Of a DNA stretch of 64,000 nucleotides, positions 1 to 12,559 are shown one piece after another. The translations under genes and the position numbers were made by a program. Position 1 is the first letter of the stretch. Each line of letters begins with the position of its first letter. The stretch covers positions 64,328 to 128,327 of the forward strand of contig NMRA01000795.1 of assembly GCA_002633005.1 (NCBI GenBank). Reading direction: 5' to 3'. The notes beneath the pieces are model-generated. The model searched no databases. It was not told the DNA's origin and saw only the letters and a program-made list of their open reading frames with translations. This DNA is from Phoronis australis (taxonomy: Eukaryota; Animalia; Phoronida).

Positions 1-879
1 AGTTTTGTAATATCAAGGCTAGTCTTAATTAGTACAAGAAGCTGGTTGGCTAGACAAGTGTTTAACAGGTGAGCTGCATAGCGGCTAAATATTTTAAAAT
101 GAGATTACAAGAGCTTTGTTGACGAAAAATTGTTGATTGTAGGAGTGTTTCTTTTAGATTAAAGGCTTTAAAGGCTCCAACTTCTTCCAAAGGTATCCAT
201 CTACATTCGAAAGGTACACCGAAAATAACATGACTTCATAGCCAGGGATAAAAGTAATTTGATGACATTCTTCCAGCATATACAACTGATTAGGATGTGC
301 CGCCGCCACGATAGCTAAGGTGCAAAGCTGTATAAATATACAGATTTGTTTTGGAACGATCTGGGTAAAAAAGTGGAAAGATTAATGCTTGCCAAAGTTA
401 ATGTCTTTAAAACTCTTTCTTGAACTTGAATGCTACCATGAAAGGAATGTCATTATAATCTGTTATTCTACCGTTAATTTTGTAGAGCGATCATATGTCA
501 ACTTCTAGCACCATGAAATTGACACGCTATCTGTTAGTCAGAAGTGCAGGCTGAACTTTGTGAGTACCAGTAGTTTTGAGTACTAAATACCGGTACCATC
601 AGCGAATTGAAATTATCAGGAAATTTTTCTTCGGAATAGTTGTCATCATCTCCCAGGACGTCACCTTACTTTATCAAAATTCGACCAAATGGCATTTCCA
701 ATACCGACATCCGACGTTTCTTTGTAAGTGGGTAAGTGATCTAAATCTAAGAATATGACATTCATCATCAGATTGCGTTTCTTTCTAATGGTGGTAACAA
801 AGACGTCATTTGAATGTCGATGTTGCAAAAATTTACGCTCGATTGGATGTGCTAGATTTTGATCTATAGAGTTGTGACG

Positions 880-3500
880 AAATAAACGAGAGCGCTCGGA
901 GGAGCGACACTTGGCGAAATTACGCGAAAACAGGACGATGGGGAGGACGACGACGACGATCATGACGATGAAGGCGGAGATTATGAACAAAACGATAACA
1001 TTAAAGTGACTAGTGAACAAGTCAGTAAGAAATAGCCTGAAGTCTTGTTCACGTACCCGGTAAACTGGCAACAGTGCGAGAGCGCTCGGAGGAGTGACAC
1101 TTGGCGAAATTACGCGAAAACAGGACGATGGGGAGGACAACGATGACGATCATGACGATGAAGGCGGAGATTATGAACAACACAATAGCATTCATACGAC
1201 GAACTTAGATATCATAAATTAGTAAGAAATAAGCTACAGTCTTGTTCAAATAAACTAAACCAACATCAATGCAGTAAGAGCGATCAACAAAGGAACAGCG
1301 CTATCAGAAAATCTCGATGAATTCAAAAAGTAGACGTCCTAGCGAAAAATGGAAAACATCTTCTGAAAGCCCGTTCCAATCTCTATCTAAATTGATAGTT
1401 TCGCAACATTTCATAATTTTTTCGAAAAAATTGAAATTTTGCATTTTTTTGAAATTCAAAGTCAAATAACTCGAAAACAGTAAGTCTGTGAAAACCGTTA
1501 TCGCAGAACTTTTGAAAGAGCATACTTCAAGGAATCCACATGCAAATATTCACGTCATTTGCTCTTCCCGTTAAAAAGGCGACAGCAGAACGATTGAAAA
1601 TGGGTGAAAATGCACCAGAGCCGCCATCTTGAAAGTGACTTCCGATTAAACAAAATTTTATAAAAGCTGATCAATACCAAAAAACACGTGATCAGTTTGA
1701 AAGTGATTGATTCGCCAATGCGCCCTCTACAGAAGAAAATGTTTTTGGCCAGATATCGAGATGCGCATGCGCCATTGTCAATATTTACGCCATCTTTAAC
1801 CGGAAGACAACGTTTTTCAGCACAGTTGTAGCACATGTGTTCTATAATAATCGTATCAAGTTTCAGCTCTGTATGTCAAAAAATGCGGCCTCTATGAGCA
1901 TTTGAATGTGAAATCGGAAACAAAATGGCCGCCACTTCCGCCATTTTGAATCCGATCGTGACCAAAAGCAATAGGCTTCCAGGACTTTCTGATCTACACG
2001 TCATGTGCAAATTTCATGAGAATCAGACGAAAATTGCGACCTGTAGAGTGCGAACAAGCAAAAAAAATGAAAGCACTCCGAGGAGCGACACTTGGCGAAA
2101 TTAACAAAAAAGATGACGATAAAGATGATGACGAAGATGACGACGACGGTGGCGAGGATGAACAATAGAAGTAATAATAACATACACATGACGAATGTAG
2201 AAGTCCGAAATCAGTAAGAAATAGGCTACAGTCTTGAGCGACACTTGGCGAAATTAACTGAAAAGACGACGGAGATGATGACGAAGATAATGAATATGAT
2301 GACCAGGGCTCGACATAACGAGCTGCAGGCCGCATTTGCGACCTGAAATTTGGAAATGCGAGCTGAGATTTTTGTCAGCTCGTATCAAGTCGCTAAATGC
2401 GACCTGGAATTTTCAACGTATGCGAGCTGAGTTTTTACACTTCTCGGAAGAAATGTGCCTCCCGTTCAGTAACACTAGGACCTCGCTAAAAAGTAAGACT
2501 TCGCGAGATTACGTGAGATATTGCCGTGCATTTTAAACTAGAACACGTGACCTTGACTAGGTTTTTGTGGTATGTTACATAGTGAATTCTGAGGTTGCGG
2601 CATGATAAATAATTTTGCTCAGTTGAGTGTCTGAACTGAGTCCTCTGTGGGTACTGGGGCCTACTGCGAATGGCCACGATACTTAGTATGCAGAGGTTGT
2701 GTAAAACTTACGTTTGAGCTTCTCATGATTTACGGCAGTGATAAGACGTCTGCTGCCTGTGAGTTGAATCCGGCCGAGCATTCGGTTATTTTGTTTTTCA
2801 TTATTAAAATATTGAAAGTTTTGTCGAGCAAAATGGTATCTTTTGTTCATCCCAGGCTAAGTCGAGTCGCATTTGCCAAAGGGATTTTTCTAAAAATCCC
2901 TAAATAATTCCATTCAAGAACAGCACTGTCCGTGGCCTGGCATACATACAAGCAAATGTTTGCGCCTCAGCTGCCATCTTGAAAGTGACTTTTAATTCCG
3001 GTTCAATAAACTTTTATAAAAGCTTATTAACCTCAACACACACGTAACCAGTTTGAAAATACGCCCTCTACAGAAGGAAACGTTTTTAGCCATATTTCGG
3101 GGTGTGCATGTGCCACTTCCCATATTTCCGCCACCTTTAACTGGACATTAACGATTTTCCGCACAATTGTAGCACATGTTTTCTAGTATAATCGTACCGA
3201 TTTTCCGCCCTGTACGTCGCAACATGCGGCCTCTACGAGCATTTGACTGTGAAATCGGATACAAAATGGCCGCCACGTCCGCCATTTTGTATCCGATCAT
3301 GACCAAAACAATAGCGTTCCAGTACCTCCCGATCTACACGTTGTTTGCAAATTTCGTGAAAATCTGACGAAAATTGCGACCTGTAGGGAGCGAACAAAAA
3401 AAAAACTTGGTGTCAGACCAACATACTTGGCGAAATTTATTACGCCAAGTAAAAAACTTGACGTCAGACCAACATACTTGGAGGAAATCCCAGAATTCCG
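880..3500. repeat. Cluster of composite interspersed repeats with GAC/GAT microsatellite modules
   Basis: A ~190-bp module (AGCGCTCGGAGGAGCGACACTTGGCGAAATTA plus GACGAT runs) occurs at ~889, ~1080, ~2074 and ~2236. A ~500-bp module (GCCATCTTGAAAGTGACTT...CAAAATGGCCGCCAC...AAAATTGCGACCTGTAG) occurs at ~1620-2060 and ~2970-3400. Confidence 0.65.
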
Positions 3501-4683
3501 CTAAGTAAACATCAAGCTTCACCTAAGTTTCCAAATTTTTAATTTTACTCTACTAGCTCAGTAGACAGTAGCTGTGCGTGTTACTGTTTTGATTTGATGT
3601 TCAGTCATGCACTCATACACTACTTTACACTACTGACTACACTCTAGTCATACACTAAGCAATGACCATCGCCTGTTGCCGGTGGTTCGGGCCAACAGAG
3701 CCAGAGGCGGTCATTGCCTAGTGATACTCATGCCTAACTAGCCGGGTGGCTATTGCCTAGATGGAAAGCAGTATAAGTCCCTTTATTCCATATAGTATTG
3801 CATAGAGGTATGTTCTAAAAAGATCGAGATGAGCTCCAGCACGTGTATTTCAGAAGAGGGCAAGAGGACTATGTTATAATATTCTAATCTAATTCAGTAA
3901 CGCAAGCGGCAAGGTCAAGGCTTTACTAAGGTCACGGACAAATGTTCCAACTCCTAATCCAAAGTGAAACTAGCGAAAGTTCATCTTGGTTACACCTTGC
4001 CCTTGGCCAGTCTGTGGCGACCTGTGTACCTATATTCAGACTACAGCCTTTACCAGTTTACATTGGTCTAATACGTGATGCAATAACCCGTAATAGACAC
4101 AGCCCAAATGTGTCCAACTTACCATTGGCGCTTGCTCCAAATAACTAACACACGATGCGATTGGTACAAACGGCGCACACCTTTACTGTTCTAGGTCAAT
4201 GTAGTTCAAAATGGTTCTGTTACTACATTCTGAAGGAGGTGTACGACTTACGACCAGTTGAAATTCCCCCTACAGGTGTCTCTAGAAGAAAATCAATCGA
4301 CTGCGCATGTGTATGTTCTACACCCTAACTCGTCATCGATAGAAAATAGCTTTGAGACGCAAATCTATAAAATGACAGTAATGGTCTTTGCCTGTGATTT
4401 TTTCTCTGATCGCAGTAGTTAGCAACGATTGGCGAACCGAAGATTTTACGTTGTTTGTCAAATTCGCTATGTGATATCCAAAAGAGAATTGATTACAACA
4501 ATCGATTCCATTATTCGTCGTGCTCGTCTCAGTCGCAGGGCAGACGAAGCAGAACTCAAAGACCGGCTCGAAGGGAGGAGTCCCGTGGAAGGGTTAGGCA
4601 TTGCGCAGCATCCAGTTGGAAATTGTTGTTTGACAGAATCCTTCCGATTGTGAAAATTCGTCATCACCTTTGCCCCTGTCAAC

Positions 4684-7600
4684 ATGTCTGGGGAGCACAA
4701 AACAGTGATAAAGGGCACAGAATCAAAATACGTTAAACTCAACGTGGGTGGTTCGTTGCACTATACAACAATTGGGACATTGACGAAACATGACAACATG
4801 TTACGGGCGATGTTTAGCGGACGCATGGAAGTTCTCACGGATTCTGAAGGTGTTTAGCTTTGCTTGTGTGATGTGTTAAAGACTTGCACTGTATTAAACA
4901 TAAAGCAGCGTGCTTTCTGTGTCAAAAAATACGTAATTGATATTCAGTCCTTTTATCTCTGTAAAATTAAGTCTCATTTTGTTTCTTAGTGTAGGGCTTG
5001 GGAAGAAAAAGCTCTGCATAAAAATATTTTAAATGCAATTCTGTGGATGCGCCCTTCTTGTGCAGTTGTCTCAGGGGAGTTTCTATGAAATTTCAGGCTG
5101 GATTTTGATAGATCGTTGCGGAAAGCACTTCGGTACCATTCTCAACTTCCTTAGAGATGGTGGGGTGGTTTTACCCGAAACCAGGAGAGATTTACAGGAA
5201 CTTTTGACAGGTAAATCCACCACATGTCAGGTCTTAAAGTAATTGCCTGGTGCAGAGTTGATCAATTAAGGAGATCTATGATTTCATTGCCAATCCCATG
5301 ACTGTTTTTTGTCTCAAAAACAAATATGGGTCATAATAACCAAATGTAGAATTACTTTGCTTTAGCAAATGTTGGAAGGGTTTCAATGGGTTGACCATAC
5401 ACTTGTTTAAGTCTGAAGTTGTTCTACTTGCAAGTGGTGCTGTTTGTAAAGCCTAAACATTGCTCTGCAATTGCGCGCTGAACGAAGGGACAAACTGTTT
5501 CGGGGTATAAAATAAAATATCATTAAAGTTGTGCACTATGTTGTTCACACTTCCAATTTCTTCTTTGTCTTCACAGAGGCCAAATATTACCTAGTGCAGC
5601 CTTTGGTGGAGTCTTGTGAACAGGCGTTGAAGAAAAAGCAAGAAGAGTTAGACCCAGTCTGCAGGGTACCTCTGATCACCTCACAGAAAGAAGAGCGGCT
5701 CTTGATAGAAGGAACATTAAAGGTAGATCTCTATTCTGTTTTACATGTTGGGCAGAGCTTGGCCATTCTTTGGACACGATTAAAAACAAAAACAAAGTTG
5801 CCTGTCCAGTTTAGGAGTACTGTGAATGTATATCCTTTGGAAATTGGAGTCACAGTTCTCTCTAGTTCATCCTAGATTTGCCAATGTAGTGTTACTCAGT
5901 GGTTTGTTCAGACGATTCAGTAATTCGCTCATGCATACAAATGTTCAGTTTATCAGAACTTGTTTGAAAGTGTCTATTATGTGAACATATTTAATGGTCG
6001 CAGTTAAAAGCTTTACTATTTTGAGAGAAATTTCACCAACTGAGTGTTGTTTTTCTCTGCATAAGCCTTTTTAATAAATGCCTCTTTCCAGTTATCTCTC
6101 CCCTGTGTCAGTATGTTTTTTACAATCGCGTTTAATTCATTTATTTTCAGCCTATAGTCAAATTGAGTTGCAACAGGCACAATAACAAGTACTCATATAC
6201 AAGGTGAGTGTGAAAAGTAATTTAATGTCTGTCCATTGTCCTTAAGTGCTCTTTCCTGGATCTGACGAGGCTCTCTTCTGATTAGGTATGTTTTATTCAG
6301 GGCTTGGAATTTTCCGCGGAAACGCGGATTTCCGCTTTTTTTATAATATTTCCGCGTAAAAAAATCGTATTTGATATAAAATTTCCGCAGCAAATTCCTT
6401 TCTTACCGCGGCGTTGCAGACGACGTTGACCTCGAAAAGCGGAAGTTGCTCTTTATGTTCGGAGGAACGTAAATTGTCAACATTGCCGGGGCATCTGGGA
6501 TAGCGTGGTGTGATTTTCAATGGCGTCTCGTGTTATTGTTAAGCGCGGCGACAAATACTACCGCTCTGCAGCCAAAAATGTGTGGGTTGGGAGTAGACGG
6601 GCGAGCTAAAAGGACGCAGACGCATGCTACTGATGGTGGTAACGTTTTTTTTTTTTTTTAGTCCTCCCGATTTTTGTCGGGGAGAGGTTCACATCTAGCC
6701 TGGTTATCGGGCGATGATTTGGGCCGTAAAAGTTTCAAACTTTCCGCGTTTTTTGTCATTGGTCATTCCAAGCCCTGTACCCTGTCGTGGTGGGTTCTGA
6801 TGATGAATTCTGCTTGCGCTCAGCTGTCATGACTGGTTGTTCTGTTTTAATTTCGGTGACTACCTTATTCTGATAAATCAAGGACTTGTTCCAAGAAACT
6901 GAAAAGTTCTTTTTTACTTAAGCCTAAGATTTGTCTCGGCTTCCAAAGTTTGAATCTTCTACATCCGATAAGGGAGTCAAAATTAAGACAAAACTTGAGT
7001 CAAAGACTTAAGTCAAACTTAAGATCTCTTTCTTGAAACATTCTTGAGACAAATTTAAGTTTTGTCTTGAAATTGTCTGAAATTTAAGATTTGTCTTAGC
7101 TTAGTCAGTTTTCTTGGAACGGGCCCCTTGTCTTCATTATTTAACTCTATCAGTATTGGTAAGATACATATCTAACATCATATTTCATTTGATGGACAGT
7201 AAACAACAACTTAGTTCTGTATTTTGTCTTTTCAGTCATTCGGATGATAATCTCCTACGTAACATAGAACTCTTTGACAAGTTATCGCTGCGCTTCAACG
7301 GTCGTATTCTGTTCATCAAAGATGTTATAGGAAGCAATGAAATCTGTTGTTGGTCGTTTTACGGGCATGGACAGAAAATTGCCGAAGTCTCCTGTAATTC
7401 TATAGTTTATGGAACGGATAAGAAACATACAAAGGTGAGCTATGTTTTGGCTGCTTTTGTTCCCTCATATTATGTGTGGTTGCTCTAAGATGTGGGCATG
7501 GCTGATACAATTCGGGGGTTTTCGTCTACAGCAAAACTCAGTCAGTGGCAACTGGTGTCGTTTTTAAGGCATTGTGGGACGGTTGTCTGCTCGTAAACAT

Positions 7601-10090
7601 TCAGTGACATCGCAAAAGACTTGGTGACTCGTAAACAGCACCACAGAAAACAATACTTCTCCCTTAAGCTCAATATAATTGTTATCACAGGTCCACTGCA
7701 AGGTCGTGCTTAGTATATGACTAAACAACCATCGTATAAAGAAAAAATTGAAAGTAAGCATCAGAATCCTTTAATAAACAAAGATAGTCTTGAGTGAAAG
7801 ATTCTCGAGGTACACACCATCCAGTAGTGCTGAGGTAGATCTCACCACCTGAAACGCCAGGCCTGCATTCCGTAGACTCAAGAGAATAATGAGAATACAC
7901 CAGACATCATGAGATATGGCCATGTATTACAACTGAACCACATGAGAACTCTTATTGTCTAGCTTTACTTGCTTATGGTCTAACAAAGGGTTAGGTTTCT
8001 TAATTTTGACATTTTTTGTTTTTCTGTGTATTTGATTTCATCTTTATTAAAAAGGTGATTGAACAATAAATTTGTTTATTTTTTCACGAAGTGTTGTTTT
8101 TAAGCACTCTGTATTCTGTTATATTCCTGTTCTTCAGTTATCGATCATTGACAGGTAAGCAAGTTATTTAACCCTTCACTGTCTCACTGTTGTGTTTTGA
8201 CCAATTTATAAAACACACAGAAATTCCGATTCGGTTTACGGTTATCATTTTCTTGATTAGCAGATATGAACATCTTAAAAAGGTAGAGGGAACTATTATA
8301 CAAAACACAAAATGGATTATCAGGCTTAATTCTTGCATTACAGAATTTAGCCTATGTCTCCCAATTTTCAGTGAGGTCACTGGATGTTTACAGGTGGACA
8401 GCCGGCCCAGAATGCAAAACAAAATACTAAAAAATGTCAGTAGCACGGTAGATGAAATACCCCAAACTTGAGTTCAGTTGGTACCAGAGCCTAACTTGTC
8501 CTGTTTGCTTTATTGCCATACAGAATACAAGGATAGTTGTAAAACAGTATGGAACTGAATCAACTCCTGCACGTTCTATTCATACCTTTGGCCGGAACAC
8601 TTTGAAACAAATGATTAGCAGCTTGGCACAGGTTATATAGCCACATATGGTAGTAAAGCTTACATAAGTTGGAAGTGCATTGGTTAGTCAAATTTCCACT
8701 TCATTCAGGTAAAGTCCCTTTGTATGACTTTTGTTCTTGTTTGTGAACTCAGAACCTTTCTCGTACAAAATCTCCTGGTATTGTTGGATTACAAGATTCA
8801 GTTAATGCTAAATTGCTGTCCACACTTAGTATAATTGAAGTTCCTTGGAGGTACGATTGAGGACACACAGCTGTATTTTTTACATCATACATGGTATGCA
8901 TTTGAAATTCACTTCATGGTACCATTTAGGCACACCGGTTCCTAAATTCTACCTTTTTTATGAAAAAAGATAATTTGCTGTAAAAATGGTGTAACTATCC
9001 ACCATTACTGTAAGCCTCAGCTAATCACTATTTTACTCTATTTTATGTTGTTTATTCATCAAATTGTACATATTAACTAATTTTATACTAATTTGTTTTA
9101 TTTATTATCTGTTCAATCTAATTGTACATAGCTGTCTGTATTTTACTTCATGTAATTATTTCCGACTGGGTCCACTTGAAAGTCGGTGTATTCACTGATA
9201 AGTGGTCACCCAGTCTTTTAAAAAAGTTTAAATAAATAAATAAAATTATATTTGAAGTGTTACTAGATGCTAACTTTCTTTTTTCTGCCGGTCAATAATT
9301 ATTGATGAAGAAGATAAAGCATACTAACTATAACAAGTTTTTCTTCAAGGTTTGGGATAAGAGTCCTTACCCCCATAATTGCTTATAGAAACTGATTGGT
9401 GGGGATTAAGCGTGCATTACTGTTAGTAGAAAAATAAATTGTCATGAATTTCTACAATGTTTGTACTGATATGTACAGATCAGAAATATTAAAATTAACT
9501 TTGTTTTCCCTCACACGACCAAGCTTAAAGTATGTGCCCTACTCAAAATATTTCGTTTGATGCCGGACAAGGTTTTTTTCACTTGTAAATACAACATATT
9601 TGTGGCAGCAACAGTGGCACTAAAAAGTGAGAAAATAAAATGTTTTGCCTTTAAGTCTTCAGGTTCACTTCCAAGCATTGAGGGTTGGCCAAAGGGAATG
9701 GAAAAATACTTTAGGGTGGTCAAACGTAATTCAGTAATAGTAGCATTTCTTACTAAGTGGAGAATATAAATCGGTAAATAAAACAACAAGAATGGATCAA
9801 CTGAAATTTGAAATTTTCGGACGTAATAACTTCCTTTGTCAACAAAAACAGAAGTGGGGTATTAAATTGTATGTTTAATTAGCGTACATTACATTTTGCA
9901 GGTTGAGTTTCCCGAGGCAAGAATCTATGAGGAGACGCTGAATGTTCTTCTTTATGAGAACCGTGACGGTGGTCCGAATGCCGAATTAATGGATGCAATA
10001 CGTAAAGCCAATGGAAGCTCAGGATACCAAAGTGATGAAGAGGCTGACGAGAGAGTCGAAAGAGGTGTTGACAAGTTACGACGAAAATAA
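4684..10090 (+). CDS. KCTD10: BTB/POZ domain CUL3 adaptor, KCTD10/KCTD13/TNFAIP1 family; 6 coding exons
   Basis: Exons 4684-4849, 5097-5210, 5577-5722, 6151-6203, 7236-7434, 9902-10090, all GT-AG with compatible phases. Translation includes [93 protein letters not shown] and [19 protein letters not shown], all characteristic of KCTD10. Confidence 0.95.
6298..6777. mobile_element. MITE with CAGGGCTTGGAAT TIRs (hAT-like termini) in KCTD10 intron 4
   Basis: Perfect 13-bp TIR CAGGGCTTGGAAT / ATTCCAAGCCCTG. No clear TSD at this copy. Confidence 0.65.
6882..7126. mobile_element. Small palindromic MITE (AAGACAAA/CTTAAG-rich)
   Basis: Imperfect TIRs GTTCCAAGAAACTGA / TCAGTTTTCTTGGAAC. A related copy lies at ~54983-55230. 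Confidence 0.5.
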
Positions 10091-11249
10091 ATGTCCAAGG
10101 GACAGCACTTCTGTAGACTGTTGCTTGGATTGCATGTCACATTGACAATGCACTTAAACAATTTAGTTTCACACTTATTATATGTGTATATATTAACTTA
10201 TATGACAGATTGACTTGTCAGGCACCATGGAAAAAGGCCAGTCAATGACTGACTATTCAGTCTGCAAATTTTATTTAAAAATCAAATTGCTGTTCCGTTA
10301 TTGAATTCCACCAATGAAAGGAGAGGAGTGTTATTCAATACCTGCTTTAAAGTAACTGTCTACCTTCAAAAATTCAATATTTACATTATTTAATTAGAAA
10401 TTATATCTTTATTTTTATTCTTCTCCATAACATTTCTTGAACGCATTATTTATGCGCCAGGTAAGCTAGTTCTTTGGGAACTTATTTCAATTACCTGGCA
10501 AAACTGTCTTTGCCATTTTCACGCCTTTTGATTTCCGGTGCCTTTAGCAGCAGTTTTGAATATTCGTATTCCCTTTAGGGGGATTTGCATAAGCTAGGTA
10601 TAGTCATTTTTGAAAATCGTATTCAAGGCAAAAACTACAGCTTTCATTCGGAATAGTGGTAATGGCGTTTCAAGGCGTGATTTAAAAATTGTCAGTCATC
10701 AGGAATTCAGGAAATATGTGCTTTTATGGGTTGAAAGTCAAGTTTTAAAGTTATTTAATGAAACATGAAGACTTCATGAAGGTTGAAATTTACCATAAAT
10801 ACTGTTCCGTAATCAAGATCACTGTATAATTCTCTGTGAACACAGAAGTTGAGAATTTTGCTTAACATTTGAAAGTGCAGTCGTCTTTGTAATTTTGAGA
10901 CCAGCATTGAAATACTTAGTCCTATGAATGTGTCTGAAATTGTGTAAAATACTTTCCCCAAGAAAATAGAAATGCGATTATTTTTTCTCTAGCAAGTGTC
11001 AGTATTAAGAATTGATTAGACTGCTTAAAATGAAGGAATTTTAACTGTAAGAAACTTTTTCGCAACCTCACTGAATGCTGTAACCTTTCGTTTGTGAAGT
11101 TTATTAGTGTTATTTTGTAACAGTGCAGGTATTTGAATGTTCAATTAATTAACATGATACGTGCGTGGTCTTTCATTGCAATTGCTGTAAATTTGTTTTT
11201 CTTTTCCGTTGAATTTGTTTCTCTGTTCTTAAACTTCACACTGCAGGTG

Positions 11250-11357
11250 AACTATTGACGTCTTGCAATGCCCAGTCCATGCACAATAACTGACGACGCC
11301 TTGCATTGCCCAGTCCATGCGCGTTAACTGTTGATGTCTTGCAATGCCCAGTCCAGG
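11250..11357. repeat. 38-bp tandem repeat, ~3 copies
   Basis: GTCTTGCAATGCCCAGTCCA occurs three times with minor variation. Confidence 0.7.
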
Positions 11358-11628
11358 TGCATTTCATTTGTGATATTTCATTAGTCGTGTAGAATTCTGC
11401 GCATATTTCAGGTTTGGGGCAGACTCTATTCTTGACACTTTAAAAATTAAAAGTAAAATGCGACTTCAATACTAGTGTAGACACAAGGGCGTCGTCATGT
11501 GTATGTTTAAGTAGGAAACTCTGAAAATATATGTGGTTTGAAAGTCCAGCAGTAACTGATTCTCCCATTTCCTGTGTAACGAAACTGAACTCCACAGTGG
11601 TTGTTTGCGAGTGTTCCTCTCGTGTACT

Positions 11629-11861
11629 CAGGGCTTGGAATGACAAAATGACAAATAGGAAAATTTTCCTGATGTATTGTTCACAAATACATTGGTGAAA
11701 TAGAATATTTCTTGTGTTTAAAATTTAAGTGAATTAACGTCTTTGCATGAATAAAATCAAAATAATGAAAAAGACTAAGGAAGCGGGAACTGGAAATCAA
11801 ATAAGAGGAAATCAAAACCAAAAGAGGGTGTGCTCTTAGAAGAGGAAAATTCCAAGCCCCG
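11629..11861. mobile_element. MITE with CAGGGCTTGGAAT-type TIRs and 6-bp TSD TGTACT
   Basis: TGTACT|CAGGGCTTGGAAT...ATTCCAAGCCCCG|TGTACT. Interior is homologous, in inverted orientation, to the copy at 25285. Confidence 0.7.
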
Positions 11862-12559
11862 TGTACTGCTGGTTCCCAATTAAACATGTGCTGGATGTAG
11901 GCTACCACCTCCAGTGTGTAGATGTATTGGTTCTGGTGTGGACATACCTGACTTGTGGTTTGAAGCCTTATCATGACTCTGGAGGTCATATGACGGACAG
12001 AACCCATGTGTACCTGAGATTGTAAAGATTGTCACCTGTTCGTTATACGCAAATGTATGGACTTGAAAATGCACCAGTTACTGTTGTAAGGATTTGATCA
12101 AGTGCCCAACATTTGCTATAAAAACATTCTACATTTCAGTTCTTCCCCTCCCCAAGTACTGCTTGATTTTCCCACATTGTCTGCACACTAATGCGTTGTA
12201 TGCATATGGTTTGTAAGTCAAATATAACGGGCAACTTTTCACATAACACTGTGTATTGATCACTTCTTCATCTCTTTATTACACACGCTATAATAAATAT
12301 CTTCCGGTGCAGTAGAGTAGAGTAGACACCACTCCGATAATTTCCATTAACATACAGTAACACGAGCACTCCTCTTATCTACTTGTATTTTAATAGAAGT
12401 TTCAAAAGAATCATAGCAACACCCAACATCAATGGCCAAGGTATGCTGTTTAGCGAGAATATTAATTACACTCGTAATGCAAAACGTAGTGGGGTTGATG
12501 TGGAAATAGTTCGCCTATTTACGAGTCCTTCCATAAACTGTAGCCTAATCATTGTTAAG

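Noticed and set aside
1-560. Possible decayed LINE endonuclease region (RGGG-like motif on the minus strand)
   Set aside because: Too fragmentary to support without a profile search.
661-2335. Hydrophobic or Ser-rich ORFs (159 aa, 113 aa) resembling membrane proteins
   Set aside because: They derive from antisense reading of GAC/GAT microsatellite modules in interspersed repeats.
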